Shown here: positions 1 through 12,480 of the stretch, piece after piece | Numbering within the stretch: the stretch's first letter is position 1 | How the letters are laid out: every line of letters starts with the position of its first letter | Source: Mustelus asterias | Taxonomy: Eukaryota | Assembly (NCBI RefSeq): GCF_964213995.1 | Contig: NC_135801.1 | Location: 30,628,001 to 30,692,000, forward strand | Length of the DNA stretch: 64,000 nt | Reading direction: 5' to 3' | The notes under the pieces: model-generated | Told to the model about the DNA's origin: nothing | The model's database searches: none | The model's input: the letters and a program-made list of their open reading frames with translations, nothing else | Made by a program: the position numbers and the translations under genes

Positions 1-985
1 AGCCAATGTTGGAAATCTATTGATCTGCAATACAGCTGTTTGTAAGGGACTGAAAATCTGTACCTCTCAATCACTTCCAATGTAAGCATGCTGGAAATGC
101 AGCAGAAGACCTGAAAATTGAGCTAAGACTCCGAATCAATTTCTTCTAAAAATACATCCATTGAGACAGCAAATTCCTCCATGATCTGTTAGGTGTTTCT
201 CCTACTTGCATATGGAAGCTTCAAAGATGCTGGTGCTGAATAGGCTGCAGAAACATAGGACAGGATTTTCCACTCCCATTCTTCTTGGGCGGGTCAGGTG
301 ATGGAAGTGGAAAAAATCTCGCAAGGCGCCCAAATCACCTTTTATGTCAGGGGCCGAAGTCTTGCCACGATTGTCCTCATCCCCAGCAGTGACATAATAG
401 GAATCCTGACAATCAAAGTCGGGAATCCCATTATAATAAATTTGATATAGCTGTGGTTAGGGATGAGGAAAATGAAGAAATACAGCCACCAGACCCTCAA
501 CACATCTCTTGGGCAGATTCCCACTGTGCCGAGCATTGATTTTCCTGATGTTACAACAAATTAGTTCTGGTTCAACTGCAGTTACTCACTTTCATGGATT
601 TTCTTAGAACTTTGTTTCTACCTGATGTACATTTGTGTTGAGTTGTTAGGTCAACTTAATCTGGTTCAAGGAGACAAAGGTCACCTTTGCCTTGTTGGGC
701 TAACCAGTGGTCTTTCACAAGAAATACCTGTGGAGAATGTTATAAAACTGAAATCTTACTGTTGAGAGGGAGGTCGGGAACTTCAATTCTTGACAGACTT
801 TGGACTTTCCACATGTGCAGTCAGGAGGCAGCCTATACCTGTGCAAATTGCTTTTCGGCCTTTTGGCTAAGATCAAGCCCAAGAGGGGGGTGCAATGTTT
901 TTTCTTGTCAGCTTGGATTTTGTACGTCTCTCTTGTGGAGACCATGAATTGAATTCAATTAGAATTTGGTTTTTGGAGCAAGCAA

Positions 986-1283
986 TGGGTGGCACAGTGG
1001 TTAGCACCGCTGCCTCATAGCGTCAGGGACCTGGGTTCAATTCCTAGTTTGGGTCACTGTCTGTGCAAAGTCTGCATATTCTCCCCGCGTCTGCGTGGGC
1101 TTCTTCCGGGTGTTCCAGTTTCCTCCCACAGTCCGAAAGACGTGCTGGTTAGATGCATTGGCTATGCTAAATTCTCCCTCAGTGTACCCGAACAGGCGCC
1201 GCAGGGTGGTGACTAGGGGATTTTCACAGTAACTTCATTGCTGTGTTAATGTAAGCCTATTTTTGACATAATTAAACTTTAAA
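986..1283 (+). mobile_element. HE1-related tRNA-derived SINE with variant 3' tail
   Basis: Box A/B-like head GGTGGCACAGTGGTTAGCAC...GGTTCAATTCC and V-SINE core TTTCCTCCCACAGTCC. The tail differs from HE1 and is shared with the copy at 44205-44512. Confidence 0.85.
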
Positions 1284-1679
1284 GATGGATTTGGGCTCGC
1301 CTGGTCTACTCTGTGCATTGACTTTGTAACTTTAAGAATGGAGTAAAAATTAACACCATGTGTCTGAGCATTTCACTAGTCGATTACCTCCTAAAGTCTG
1401 TAACCATCTTCCTCTTCCTGTTTACTACATTTGAGTTTTGTTTCATATGCAAACTTTGAATTTCTGCACTATATACCAAGTCACTTGTATACATCAGAAA
1501 ACATAATAGTCCTAATACTGACCCCTGGGTGTCTGTCTCCATTCTTAAAAACTATTCACCACTACTACGTTTTCTGTCCTGTAGCCAATTCCTTATCCAT
1601 GCAGCCACTGTCCCTTTAATCCACTGGACTTCAAATTTGCTATCAAGACTATTTGGTGAATTAGACATGCTTGTTTAAA

Positions 1680-2100
1680 ATCTATTGTAGGTAAGTTATT
1701 GGAATCTATAATTAAAGGCAGAGAGTGCTGAGAAGAAATTTGAGCTGATGAGAGAAAGTCAACACGGAAAGAGTCATTTTTTAAAAAACCTAATTTAATT
1801 TTTTGAGGAAGTACCTAAAGTAATAGACTGGAAATGTTATCGATGTATTTTGTATGTAGAAGACTTTAGATAAGACTCCACATAAGAGACTGTTAACTAA
1901 AATTGAAGCTCATTAAACTGGCAGCAAATTATTGCCCTGGTTAGGAAATTGGTTAGACATTCAAGACAAAGTAGGAACATAATAGTTATGTATTTGAATC
2001 GGAGAGAAATGATTAGTGGTGTCCCACAAGGATCGATGCTGGGGCCTCAACAATTCACTACATTTAATGACTTAGATAACACAACACAGAACCATGTAAC
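1680..2100 (+). mobile_element. Degenerate CR1 LINE RT fragment
   Basis: SGVPQGSMLGPQQF motif in ORF 1949..2143; surrounding sequence has stops and frameshifts. Confidence 0.8.
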
Positions 2101-2114
2101 CAAGCGTGCCACTT

Positions 2115-2465
2115 CTAAACTTGAGCATAAAAATCAAGGCTGACACTCCGGTATCATACTGAGGGAGTACAGAACAATCATAAATGCCAGTGTTTGGCCA
2201 AGATATCCAATGGATATAAAAGATCCCATTATACTATTCTGAAAAAAAGGGTGGTTATCATGTGATCCTGACCAATAATTATCCCTCAAACATCACAAAA
2301 ACAGATAATCTGGTCAATATCACATTGCTGTTTATGGGAGCTTGCTGTGTACAAATGGACCACCATGTTTCTTACACAACAGTAACTACATTTCAAAGTA
2401 CTTCATTAGCCATAAATGTGTCCCAAGGTCATGAAAAGTGCTATATAAATGCAAATATTTTTTTC
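2115..2465 (+). mobile_element. Old Deu-domain-type SINE remnant
   Basis: ACAGATAATCTGGTCAATATCACATTGCTGTTTATGGGAGCTTGCTGTG core and TATATAAATGCAA tail. Related decayed copies lie near 4300-4530 (+), 11130-11480 (-), 23690-23960 (-) and 24720-24900 (-). Confidence 0.65.
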
Positions 2466-3199
2466 TTAGGAGCTCCCACTGAACATTTACTGTTTAATAG
2501 CCAGTTATTGAGTTCAATCCACACTGAAATTAATCCTCCAATTGAGTAGTTTCATATTTGAATGTTTTATGTCCTTTTTGATAAGCACTCTAAAACTAAT
2601 TATACTGTAGTCACTGTTTCCAAATGCTGTCCCAGTGAGCCATAATCCACTTTTGTTCTTATGAGGAAGGAAGCAGTGCTGGATTGTTTTCTGAGGCGTA
2701 TGAGAAATAGAAATTGGAGCCAGACATTTGGCCCTTTGAGCCTGCTCCACCATTCAGCAATATCATGGCTGATTTTCCACTTCAATTCCACCTTCCCACA
2801 CGATCCATGCAGTTCTAGGTCATGTGAGGAGAATTGAAGCCTTCCATTTATATCATTCATTTAAATTTCTGGAATCTTTCTGCAGTTTGCCTGAAAACGC
2901 GTTCCTTGAGCTCCTTTTCATTATTTTCTGGCCGATCCTATACATCTGGAGGTCTTGTGGAGCAGTGGGTCGTACTAAGCTCCACAGGACTTGATGACCA
3001 AGGAAGTTGTATTCATAACACAACCAAAAAAGGTTGAATGTCAAATTTGCTATCTTGGCAATGTATGCCAAGGACAGATGGCAAGAGCGGAAGCAACTCC
3101 TGGCCAGCTTTGTAAGAGATAGAAATTGGAGTCTTCATAGCTTCAGGCTACTACAATGCATGTAAAAGTGTATGCTGCCACAGCAACTCAGACTCCTGT

Positions 3200-4250
3200 G
3201 GGGGTTGGTTAGATGGATATGGATCAGATTGGTGCCAACAGCTCAGGGGTTGCCCTCCCCATTCTGGCTGCAGTGAGTTTAGGACCTCCTTCCTTGCCCT
3301 ACCTAGCATGTAGGCCATGGTGCTGTTAGTTGTACCAACCTTCATTAAGAGAACTGAAGAAGTATAGAAATGTAAATCAATATTGTTCCTTAATTATAGT
3401 CAAATAGATTCTATTCACGTACAGCATCCTGTCCTATTGCTAAAACAGTATATTTGATCAATCCTGCCTTTGTTCATTTTGTTCACTATCTTCCCTGAAT
3501 ATATTGTAACTTGGAATAAAAATAGTGCTCGTACCTCCCCTTGTTTTTGTCAGATCTTTATTTCCACTATAGCAACATCCCATGTGGCTACTTGTGCCTC
3601 CAGCTATAGTATGTTTCCATATTATACAGGCCCCCCCAGCAGCAGAACTGATGCAGATGTCCCATACCAAGACCCCCACAGCCCTTTCCCCTGCATCAGT
3701 CTCCAACCTGTCTTTCCTTACTAATTTGATACTCACTAGAATGAGGCATTAGGAGTGTCCAGAGATTACTGCCTTTGAAATCCTGCTCTTTAGATTCCTG
3801 GACCTCTGCAAGGTCTCAACTCTTTTTGTATTGGCATCATTAATTCCAACATTAAGGACAACTTCTGACTGTTAACCTGCTCTCCCCTTGCCTCCTGCAA
3901 AATATTCTGCACTTGTTCTGTGATGTCCTTTATCCAGGCATTAGGAAGACACCATATGACACATTGTTTATATGAACATTTGCAAAAATACCTGATCATC
4001 AATACTGCTATAGCAATTATGTTTCTAAACTTGTGCAGTAATTTGCTCCATGGTACTATGGATCTGCTTTGAACAGCATTCATGTCATCATCTTCACTAG
4101 TATTCGGCTCCCCACTTATACAAAGCATTCCTTGGCTTGTACTTGAATATTCCAGTCTTGCACCTGGATAATCTACTTGCTGCTCACTCATTCCAGTACA
4201 AAAACATTAAAATACCTTTCTCGTGTATCTACTTGTGGCAAGTTCTTGTT
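3200..4250 (-). mobile_element. Highly decayed CR1 LINE remnant (ORF1 esterase / ORF2 start)
   Basis: IWCLPNAWIKDITEQVQNIL in ORF 3790..4191 resembles the CR1 ORF1 SGNH-esterase motif CLPGARV.DV. Confidence 0.5.
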
Positions 4251-4737
4251 AAGTATATTTTTTCAATTTACTTTTACAGATTTTTTCACACCTGACATAG
4301 TTTCCCCTGGTTAACCTGTCGAATATTTATCCCTCACACCAACAGTAAAAACAGATTATCTGGTAATTTGGTCATTCTTACAGTTTTATTTGTGGGAGCT
4401 TGTTGTGTGCATATTGACTGTCGACGTTTCTACAACAATGACAACAGCTCAAGTGTTTTTCATTGGTTGCAAAGTGCCTTCAAATGCCCTGAGGCTGTGA
4501 AAGGTACTATTTAAATGCAAGTCTTTCTTCTTCCTTGAATACCCTGCTAGCTCCAGCAGATCCATTTACTCTTTTGAACACCCTGTGGCAGACAGTTCAA
4601 GGGAGGCAGCAGATAAATAGTCATGCATTATTCTTGCCCATGTCTTTTTCAAAGATTGTGCTGCCAGCTGACTAAAATCGCCATTTTCTTTGTGCTGGAT
4701 GGTCCACTTTTCAGCATTTCGAATCATTACTGCGCTT

Positions 4738-4810
4738 CAACTAATAGCTCAGTCGGTAGAGCATCAGACCTTTAATCAGAGGATCCAGGGTAAAAGTCTC
4801 TGTTTGAGTG
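4738..4810 (+). pseudogene. tRNA-Lys(UUU) pseudogene
   Basis: ATAGCTCAGTCGGTAGAGCATCAGACCTTTAATCAGAGGATCCAGGGTAAAAGTCTCTGTTTGAGTG aligns with vertebrate tRNA-Lys(TTT). Acceptor stem, anticodon arm and T-loop are mutated. Confidence 0.85.
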
Positions 4811-4814
4811 TGGC

Positions 4815-5092
4815 CTAGTGCCAGGGACCTGGGTTCGATTCCTGGCTTGGCTGACTGTGTGGAGTTTGCACATTCTCCCTGAGTCTGCGCCGGTTTCCTC
4901 CGGCTGCTCTGGTTTCCTCCCACAGTCCAAAGATATGTGGGTTAGGTTGATTGGCTATGCTAAATTAACCCTAGTGTCAGGGGATTAGCAGGGTAAATAT
5001 GTGGGTGTACGGGAATAGAGCCTGGGTGGGATTGTGGTCGGTGCAAACTTGATGGGCTAAATGGCCTCCTTCTGCACTGTAGGGATTCTATA
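4815..5092 (+). mobile_element. HE1 SINE lacking its own 5' head
   Basis: HE1 core and tail (GCACTGTAGGGATTCTA) directly following the tRNA-Lys pseudogene. Confidence 0.85.
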
Positions 5093-6389
5093 ATTGACCA
5101 GATTACAGGATGGGCCTCTGAGTGGACATGAAGTAGATTCAGGAAGCACCAATTTACACAGATATGGTACCTTGAATGTAACACAATATACCAAAGCACT
5201 TTACGTGAGCATCATCAAACAAAATACTACACCAAACCACGTAAGGAGATATTAGCTTAGGTAGAGTTTTCAGGACCATCTGAAAGACAGATGGAAAGTC
5301 AAAATGAAGGGAATTCCAGACCTGTGGAGCTATGCAGCTGAAAGCATCACCGCCAATAGCAGAGAAATGAAAATCAGGGTGTCACAAGAGACCAGAATTG
5401 GAGGAAGACAAAGCTCTTGGAAAGTTGAAGAACTTGGGCAGGTTACAAAGATAGGGACAAAGACATGGAAGGACTTGATAGCATAAAAATTTATAAATCA
5501 GGACATTGGCAGACAGGTGGCTGAGTGAACGCACGGATATGGGCAGCAAAGGTTTGGCTGAGCTGAAGTTTCTGGATGGTGCAAGGTGGGAGGCTAACAA
5601 AAAGAAAGTGTAATCATGCTGGAACAGCAATTCATGGGCTTCTGCCTCCTGTATCAATCTTCTATATTTCATTCTGTATGAGTTTTAATTCTCTATTCAC
5701 TCAATTTCTATCGCAGTTGGTTTGTTATTCTTCTCATTCCCTTTATTTTTAAGAAAAATAGGCAGATGTGTACTTTTAGTACTTCAGCACAACTCTAATG
5801 CGACGAAAGTTGGTGTAAGAAATGTTGGTGCTCCAAATGTTGGTGCTCCAAATGTGTTTTTTTTGGCAACTGTACACACACTATAACAAGAAAACATACA
5901 GAAATAAGATCGAATCCTTATGCCGGAGGGTTTGATACCCAACCATAATGTCCCATGGGAAAAAAACAGCTTGAGGCATTGGCTGAAGTTCCATCCTTGT
6001 TTAAATTGCTGTGAGACCAGCTGTCTGAACAACATTTCCCTTATCACTTGGCAGCTGTCAGGCGTGTTTGCATTCTCCAGAGACTTCGTTTATAGTTATT
6101 TTGAACACAAGTCGTTTCCATTTGCCATTTTATATCAACTATTTAACTAATTGTAAATGACCATAACCGTTATTCACACCAATCTCACCACATTACCCAC
6201 ACCTTGTTAATCTAATGAATACCAGATATTAATTTCTACTAGGAAAGCATAATGGAAGAGTGCCATTAAACAGCAAGATAACTTCTGGCATTTGTATCTA
6301 ATATAGCTTTTAAAGAAAATGCAACTGATTGGAAACTCATTTCTAGGCTGAGAAAATCTCTCAAATGTAATTGTAATAAGACAGATGGA

Positions 6390-7175
6390 AAGATTGTAAT
6401 TGTAAAATGTAATATGTGCGAGGTGATTCATTTCGGTAGGGCAAATTTGAATGCGGATACAGGGTCAAAGGTAGGGTTCTGAGGAATGTGGAGGAACAGA
6501 GAGATCTTGGGGTTCATATCCACAGATATGAAGGTTGCCACTCAAGTGGATAGAGCTGTGAAGAAGGCCTGTGGTGTGTTAGCGTTTATTAACAGGGGGG
6601 TTGAGTTTAAGAGCCGTGGGATTATGCTGCAATTGTACAGGACCTTGGGGAGACCACATTTGGAATATTGTGCGCAGTTCTGGTCACCTCACTATAAGAA
6701 GGATGTGGAAGCACTGGAAAGAGTGCAAAGGAGATTTACCAGGATGCTGCCTGGTTTGGAGGGTAGGTCTTATGAGGAAAGGTTGAGGGAGCTAGGGCTT
6801 TTCTCTTTAGAGCGGAGGAGGTTGAGAGGTGACTTAATAGAGCTTTATAAGATGATGAGGGGGATAGATAGAGTGGACGTTCAGAGACTATTTCCTTGGG
6901 TGGATGTAGCTGTTACTAGGGGGCATAACTATAAGGTTCATGGTGGGAGATATAGGAGGGATGTCCGAGGTAGGTTCTTTACTCAGAAAGTGGTTGGGGT
7001 GTGGAATGGACTGCCTGCTGTGATAGTGGAGTCGGACACTTTAGGAACTTTCAAGCAGTTATTGGATAGGCACATGGAGCACACTAGAATGATAGGGAGT
7101 GGGATAGCTTGATCTTGGTTTCGGAAAAGGTTCGGCACAACATCGTGGGCCGAAGGGCCTGTACTGTTCTATGCT
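6390..7175 (+). mobile_element. 5'-truncated CR1/HER1 LINE 3' end
   Basis: ORF 6486..7112 contains RPHLEYCAQFWSP...LERRRLRGDLIE; 3' tail GGGCCGAAGGGCCTGTACTGTTCTATG. Confidence 0.92.
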
Positions 7176-7262
7176 TGGTCATGTAACTAATCCAATTTTA
7201 CAAATATCTTTGTTGAAAAGCCTCACTCAGGAAATGCAGTTTATCATCTGCTAACATTCGCA

Positions 7263-7563
7263 GGGCGGCACGGTGGCACAGTGGTTAGCACTGCTGCCTC
7301 AGTACCAGGGACCTGGATTCAATTCCGGCCTTGGCTGACTGACTGTGTGGAGTTTGCACATTCTCCCTGTGTCTACACGGGTTTCCTCCTACTGTCCAAA
7401 GATGTGCAGGTTAGGTTGATTGGCTATGGTAAATTGCCCCTTAGTGTCAGGGGGTTAGCAGGATAAATACATGGGGTTATGAGGGTCGGGCCTGGATGGA
7501 ATTACTGTCGGTGCAGGCTCAATGGGCCGAATGGCCTCTTTCTGCCCTGTAGAGATTCTATGA
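7263..7563 (+). mobile_element. HE1 SINE
   Basis: GGGCGGCACGGTGGCACAGTGGTTAGCACTGCTGCCTC head through the GATTCTATGA tail. Confidence 0.9.
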
Positions 7564-7944
7564 TACGAGAGTTGGAACAATATCATGGTACAAGCATCAG
7601 AATGGTATCCTGTAGGGGTGCAAGCTGTTTCTATATCAGATACAAACATCACAAAAGTCAACATTTTGTCAAACATCATCCCTCTAGGGCTGGTATTTAA
7701 TGTTCTGCAAGTACAGGTTACACAAATATTTCAGTCCAAAACCGTCTTTTTTCCAAATGGCAAGTGATGTGGTCCAGAAAATCAGGATGCCTTTTTTGAT
7801 TTAAAAAAGTATTTTTTATTACTGGGATTATTTTTCAATTTGAATTCTTAATAGCTAGTATCAGTGTGCAAAGAGCTAAACACCCTCAGGCACATCAATT
7901 ATTTCTCAAAAGGTAGATCCTGAATCCAGGATCCAAATTGAACC

Positions 7945-8233
7945 TAGCATCCCTACAGTGCAGAAGGAAGCCAATCTACCCAAGAGACTGCACCGTCTCT
8001 CCAAAAGAGCATCCCATCCAGGCCCTCCCCTTTGCTATCCCGTAACCATGTGCATTTACCATGGCCAATCCACCTAACCTGCACATCTTTAGACTGTGGG
8101 AGAACCCGAGAAAACCCATGCAGACACAGGGAGAATGTGCAAACTCTACACAGTCACCCAAAGCCGGAATTGAACCCAAATTCATGGTGTTGTAAGGCAG
8201 CATTGTGGTCCACTGTGCCAGTATGTCGCCCCG
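7945..8233 (-). mobile_element. HE1-family SINE (diverged)
   Basis: Reverse-complement HE1 head, core and tail. Confidence 0.85.
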
Positions 8234-8333
8234 TTAGGCTAAAGCAGTGGAGTTCAAAAAGAGTGATGTGAGCTGTTAAGGAAAGCTCAATATTATGTGT
8301 GAGGTGTTAACTGGTCAAGGACTTCAAAGAAGT

Positions 8334-8681
8334 CATAGAAATCATAGAAACCCTACAGTGCAGAAACAGGCCATTCGGCCCATCGAGTCTGCACCGACCA
8401 CAATCCCACCCAGGCCCTACCCCCCATATCCCTACACATTTACCCGCTAATCCCTCTAACCTACACATCTCAGGACACTATGGGGCAATTTTAGCATGGC
8501 CAATCAACCTAACCCGCACATCTTTGGACTGTGGGAGAAAACCGGAGCACCCGGAGGAAACCCATGCACACACGAGGAGAATGTGCAAACTCCACACAGA
8601 CAGTGACCCAAGCCGGGAACCGAACCCAGGTCCCTGGAGCTGTGAAGCAGCAGTGCTAACCACTGTGCTACCGTGCCGCCC
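8334..8681 (-). mobile_element. HE1 SINE, young full-length copy
   Basis: Near-identical to the copies at 9449-9794, 54295-54617 and 59984-60321; tail repeat TCATAGAAATCATAGAAA. Confidence 0.93.
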
Positions 8682-9448
8682 ATAACTTCTAAAAAAAAAC
8701 TTTCTTTCCATGTTCAAAAATTGGCCATCCTTTTAATACAGATAGAGGCAGGGCAATCTTTTATTTAATTTTTTTTTGCTTGCAAGTCATCAGAAATAAT
8801 CAGGACTAGTCAGAGACATGGGTTAGATTAAGCACATCCTGAGAGAAAATAATAAGTGGTGAATGCTATTGTTAAGGGTTGCTGTACATATTCTTCTAAA
8901 ATTAAAAATTTGAACCTAACAAGGCAAAGTATGAGCACATGGTACAGAAAGTCATTTAGAATGGTAGCATAGATTTATTTGCAGACCTGCAGCAAAGACA
9001 ACATCCTTCATATTCTGATAGAATCCATGGTTTCAAAACTTCTATATTTTTGAAACAGGCCCTAATTGAAAATGGAAACGAAGAATAGAACCTGGAAAGG
9101 TCAGTTTGCAAAGAGACTATAATTGAAACTGAGATTGGAAACCAAAATTTCTGGTACATCTGGAACTTGTTGAAGCCCACTAAGAACAGAGAGAGTGCAA
9201 TAGAGTTCAGATGTTGATTCCAGTGATGCAGTTCAGGCAGGCGAGATCCAGAAGCAGAAAATAGGGTGAAAGGAGGCAGGTGTGGGACATTATATTGAAA
9301 AATTAGTTTAAAACTTTGGTATATGTTTATTATCTTCATTATTTACTAAAGGGGTTGAAATCTTCAGTTTGCTCTGAGAGGCAAACTGTTAGCTGCAAGG
9401 AGACACCTCAATGGCGCAATCAGCCAGGGCTCGGTCCCAGGCAGAACT

Positions 9449-9794
9449 TCATAGAAATCATAGAAACCCTACAGTACAGAAAGAGGCCATTTGGCCCATC
9501 GAGTCTGCACCGACCACAATCCCACCCAGGCCCTAGCCCCATATCCCTACATAGTTACCCACTAATCCCTCTAACCTACACATCTCCCGACACTAAGGGC
9601 AATTTAGAATGGCCAATCAACCTAACCCGCACATCTTTGGACTGTGGGAGGAAACCAGAGCACCCGGAGGAAACCCACGCAGACACGAGGAGAATGTGCA
9701 AACTCCACACAGACAGTGACCCAAGCCGGGAATCGAACCCACGTCCCTGGAGCTGTGAAGCAGCAGTGCTAACCACTGTGCTACCGTGCCGCCC
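9449..9794 (-). mobile_element. HE1 SINE, young full-length copy
   Basis: Same subfamily as 8334-8681. Confidence 0.93.
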
Positions 9795-9883
9795 AAAACT
9801 TCACAGGTATTAGATCTCAAGGTCTATCTTAACAATGTGGGATCTCTACCATTGGCTCTGATAACCAAAGGATCTAAAGATTA

Positions 9884-10435
9884 TGTAGTAAGGTAATACT
9901 ATCTACAGCCCGAACAAAAAAGTTTGTCTATCAAACCTCCCTAGCTTGGGAGAATTCGTTAAGAACCAGGAACCCTGGACAGGGAAGATAATTGAGATCC
10001 ACAAGTCAGACACAACTAATGTTGAGAACAAATTATAGCTGGTGGTAAATCAGACTAGATGGCATGTACAAGCTTTTACATTGATTGGGTATTATAATCA
10101 AGTAGATGTGCACGTCATAATTGGTTAGTTGCACTCGTACCTTATACATTATGTAAACCTAATCGATAGTTGAGTGGATATAGATAACCTCTGAGCAAAT
10201 GTACATCTTTGATTGGTATATGCTAATTTCTTGTAACTGGATATTCACAATAACTGCCTGTACAATCCTTGAATCAGGGCTCTCCCCGATGTGCCACTAG
10301 TTGGAGCACTGGGGCCGTCTGTACTATAGTACATAATAAAGACCTTGTCTGAAACTCCAAGAGTCTTTGTCTGGATTTCTCGAGAGTGTGTGTGAAGTTC
10401 ACTATAACTGAATAGCTGTATTTTTCTCCCTAACA
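9884..10435 (+). mobile_element. Possible solo LTR (5' edge uncertain)
   Basis: AATAAA followed by a U5-like segment ending CCCTAACA, with several ATTGG/CCAAT-like boxes. No convincing target-site duplication found. Confidence 0.35.
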
Positions 10436-11849
10436 TATGGAAATGTACAGTTGATGCGGCTGTTCCAGTTACGTAAAGATAACATTAGTGGATCTATGCC
10501 ACGCAAACCACCATAAGCAGATTTGAAGAGTTTCTGCAGACATGTGCCAATTTCCTCTGCTCTCTGATTAGTTCCTCAGGTGTTTATGTTCACCTGAACA
10601 GCTAGATGGGGCTTTAAGGTAACATCACTTCTAGAAGACAATGCAGCTACCACTCAGTACTGCACTAAAACATCAACCTGGATTACATGCTCAAATTGTT
10701 TCACTCCAACCCAGAGGTAACAGCATCCCATCAAACTGGAATGCTCAAGAGTCATTTACTCGAGTAGACCGAATGGACATTGGCTCTCACCAGTGTCATG
10801 GTACTGTTCAAAAATCTCTTGAAATGAATGGATTCCTGCTAATGTGTTTCCATGTAAATCAATACACTGATCAAAGTTGCTTCTGCAGTTATATGATAGG
10901 CTAGGTTTTACAAAACTAAACACAACCATGCGCTAATTGCATCATCTGTTAGTAAACTGTAAATTAGTTTCATTAGTTTTATGGGATGATGCATTTAACG
11001 TGCATTATTTCAAAATTTCTGACATTAAAATAAAGTTTTTGAAACTACATAAAGGGAACAAGATGTAGTGGTACAGATTGTTCTTTTGTGAAACTATCAC
11101 AGTTGCTCTCTAAAAACAAACAAATGAGCGAGCTTGCAATTATATAGCACATTTCCAACTTCAGGACCTGCCAATGTACTTCCTAGCCAATTATGCACTT
11201 TTGAGCTGTAAGTTATTGTTACAATGCAGCAACATCCCACAACCATAAATGAGATAAATGGCCACATAACAATGATGTTGGCAGAGGGACAAATGTTGGC
11301 CATGACACCAAGACTTTTCTGTGAAGAATACTATTACATCCTCCTGAGAAGGCAGATAGATAGGGCCCAATTCATCGTCTCATCTGAAAAATGGAACCTC
11401 CACCAGTGTGGCACTCACTCAGTAATGCACAGTGGTGTTCAAGTCCACAACCCTCTAATACGGAGGGCACTGCTATGATTGAGCCCAGGTTAACAATGTG
11501 AAGGGTATAGTAAAATCAAAACTTTCCTGATTTATATTACTTCTTGCCTATAAAAATATAATAATTGCAAGATTTAATATTGATCTTGCAAGCTGTACCA
11601 ACATCAGATAACTAGGGAACAAGTATGCCCTGACAGGGCAACTAGGCTCAATGCTATAGCAACTGCATCAGACGCAAAATATTGAGGATAATCTTGCAAG
11701 ACTGCATTTTTAGCATGTAACCACTGTAGAACGGACACTGAAGTATAATAGGGCTGTCTCTAATTCACTTAATTTATTTAATGAGACTCCATACTAACAA
11801 TATTCCTATGGGGTATACTTCAACTGTGGTAAATACAGATGGAATCCTG

Positions 11850-12480
11850 CAGTGGCATGTTAGCCTTTATTGCAAAGGGACTGGAGTCCAGGAATAAAGA
11901 AGTTTAGCACAAGTTGCACAGGGTCTTGGTGAGGCCACATCTGGAGTCATCTGCAGTCTTCGTCTCTATATTTAAGAAAAGAGATACTTGCCTGGGAGGC
12001 AATCCAGCAAAGGTTCACTAAATTGGTCCGTGGGATGAGGGGGTTGCCCTATGTTGAGAGGCTGAACAAGCTGGGTCAATTTTCTCTGGAGTATAGAAGA
12101 ATGAGAAGTAATCTCATTGAAACGTACAAGATTCAGAAGGGGCTTCATTGTGTATGTGCTGAGAGATTATTTCTGCTGGTCAGGGAATCTAAAATGCGGC
12201 GCACAGTCTCAGGATAAGGGACCGATCATTTAGAATTGAGAAGAGAGGAAATTACTTCACTCAAAGGGTAGCAAATCTTTGGAATTCTGTGTCTCAGGGG
12301 GCTGTGGAAGCCCCATCACTGAATTTAAGGCTCGGATAGACAGATTTTTGGTCTCCCAGGGAATCATGTGATATGGGGAATGGGCAGGATAGGGGAGTTG
12401 AAGTCCAAGATCAGCCATGATTGCATTAAATGACAGAGCAGGTTCGAAGGGCCGTATGGTCTACTCCTGATGTTCTTGTT
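11850..12480 (+). mobile_element. Decayed CR1 LINE 3' end
   Basis: GMRGLPYVERLNKLGQFSLEYRRMRSNLIETYK in ORF 12023..12217, followed by a CR1 3' UTR. Confidence 0.85.

Noticed and set aside
4738-4810. Functional tRNA-Lys gene
   Set aside because: The acceptor stem cannot pair, U33 and the T-loop/box B are mutated, and there is no poly-T terminator; called a pseudogene instead.
5818-5853. 15-bp tandem duplication AATGTTGGTGCTCCA
   Set aside because: Ordinary slippage duplication with no array structure; not CRISPR-like.
9316-9813. 165-aa ORF and similar ORFs containing DCGRKPEHPEETHADTRRMCKLHTDS (also 54478..54723, 60005..60406)
   Set aside because: These are antisense translations of HE1 SINE copies, not genes.
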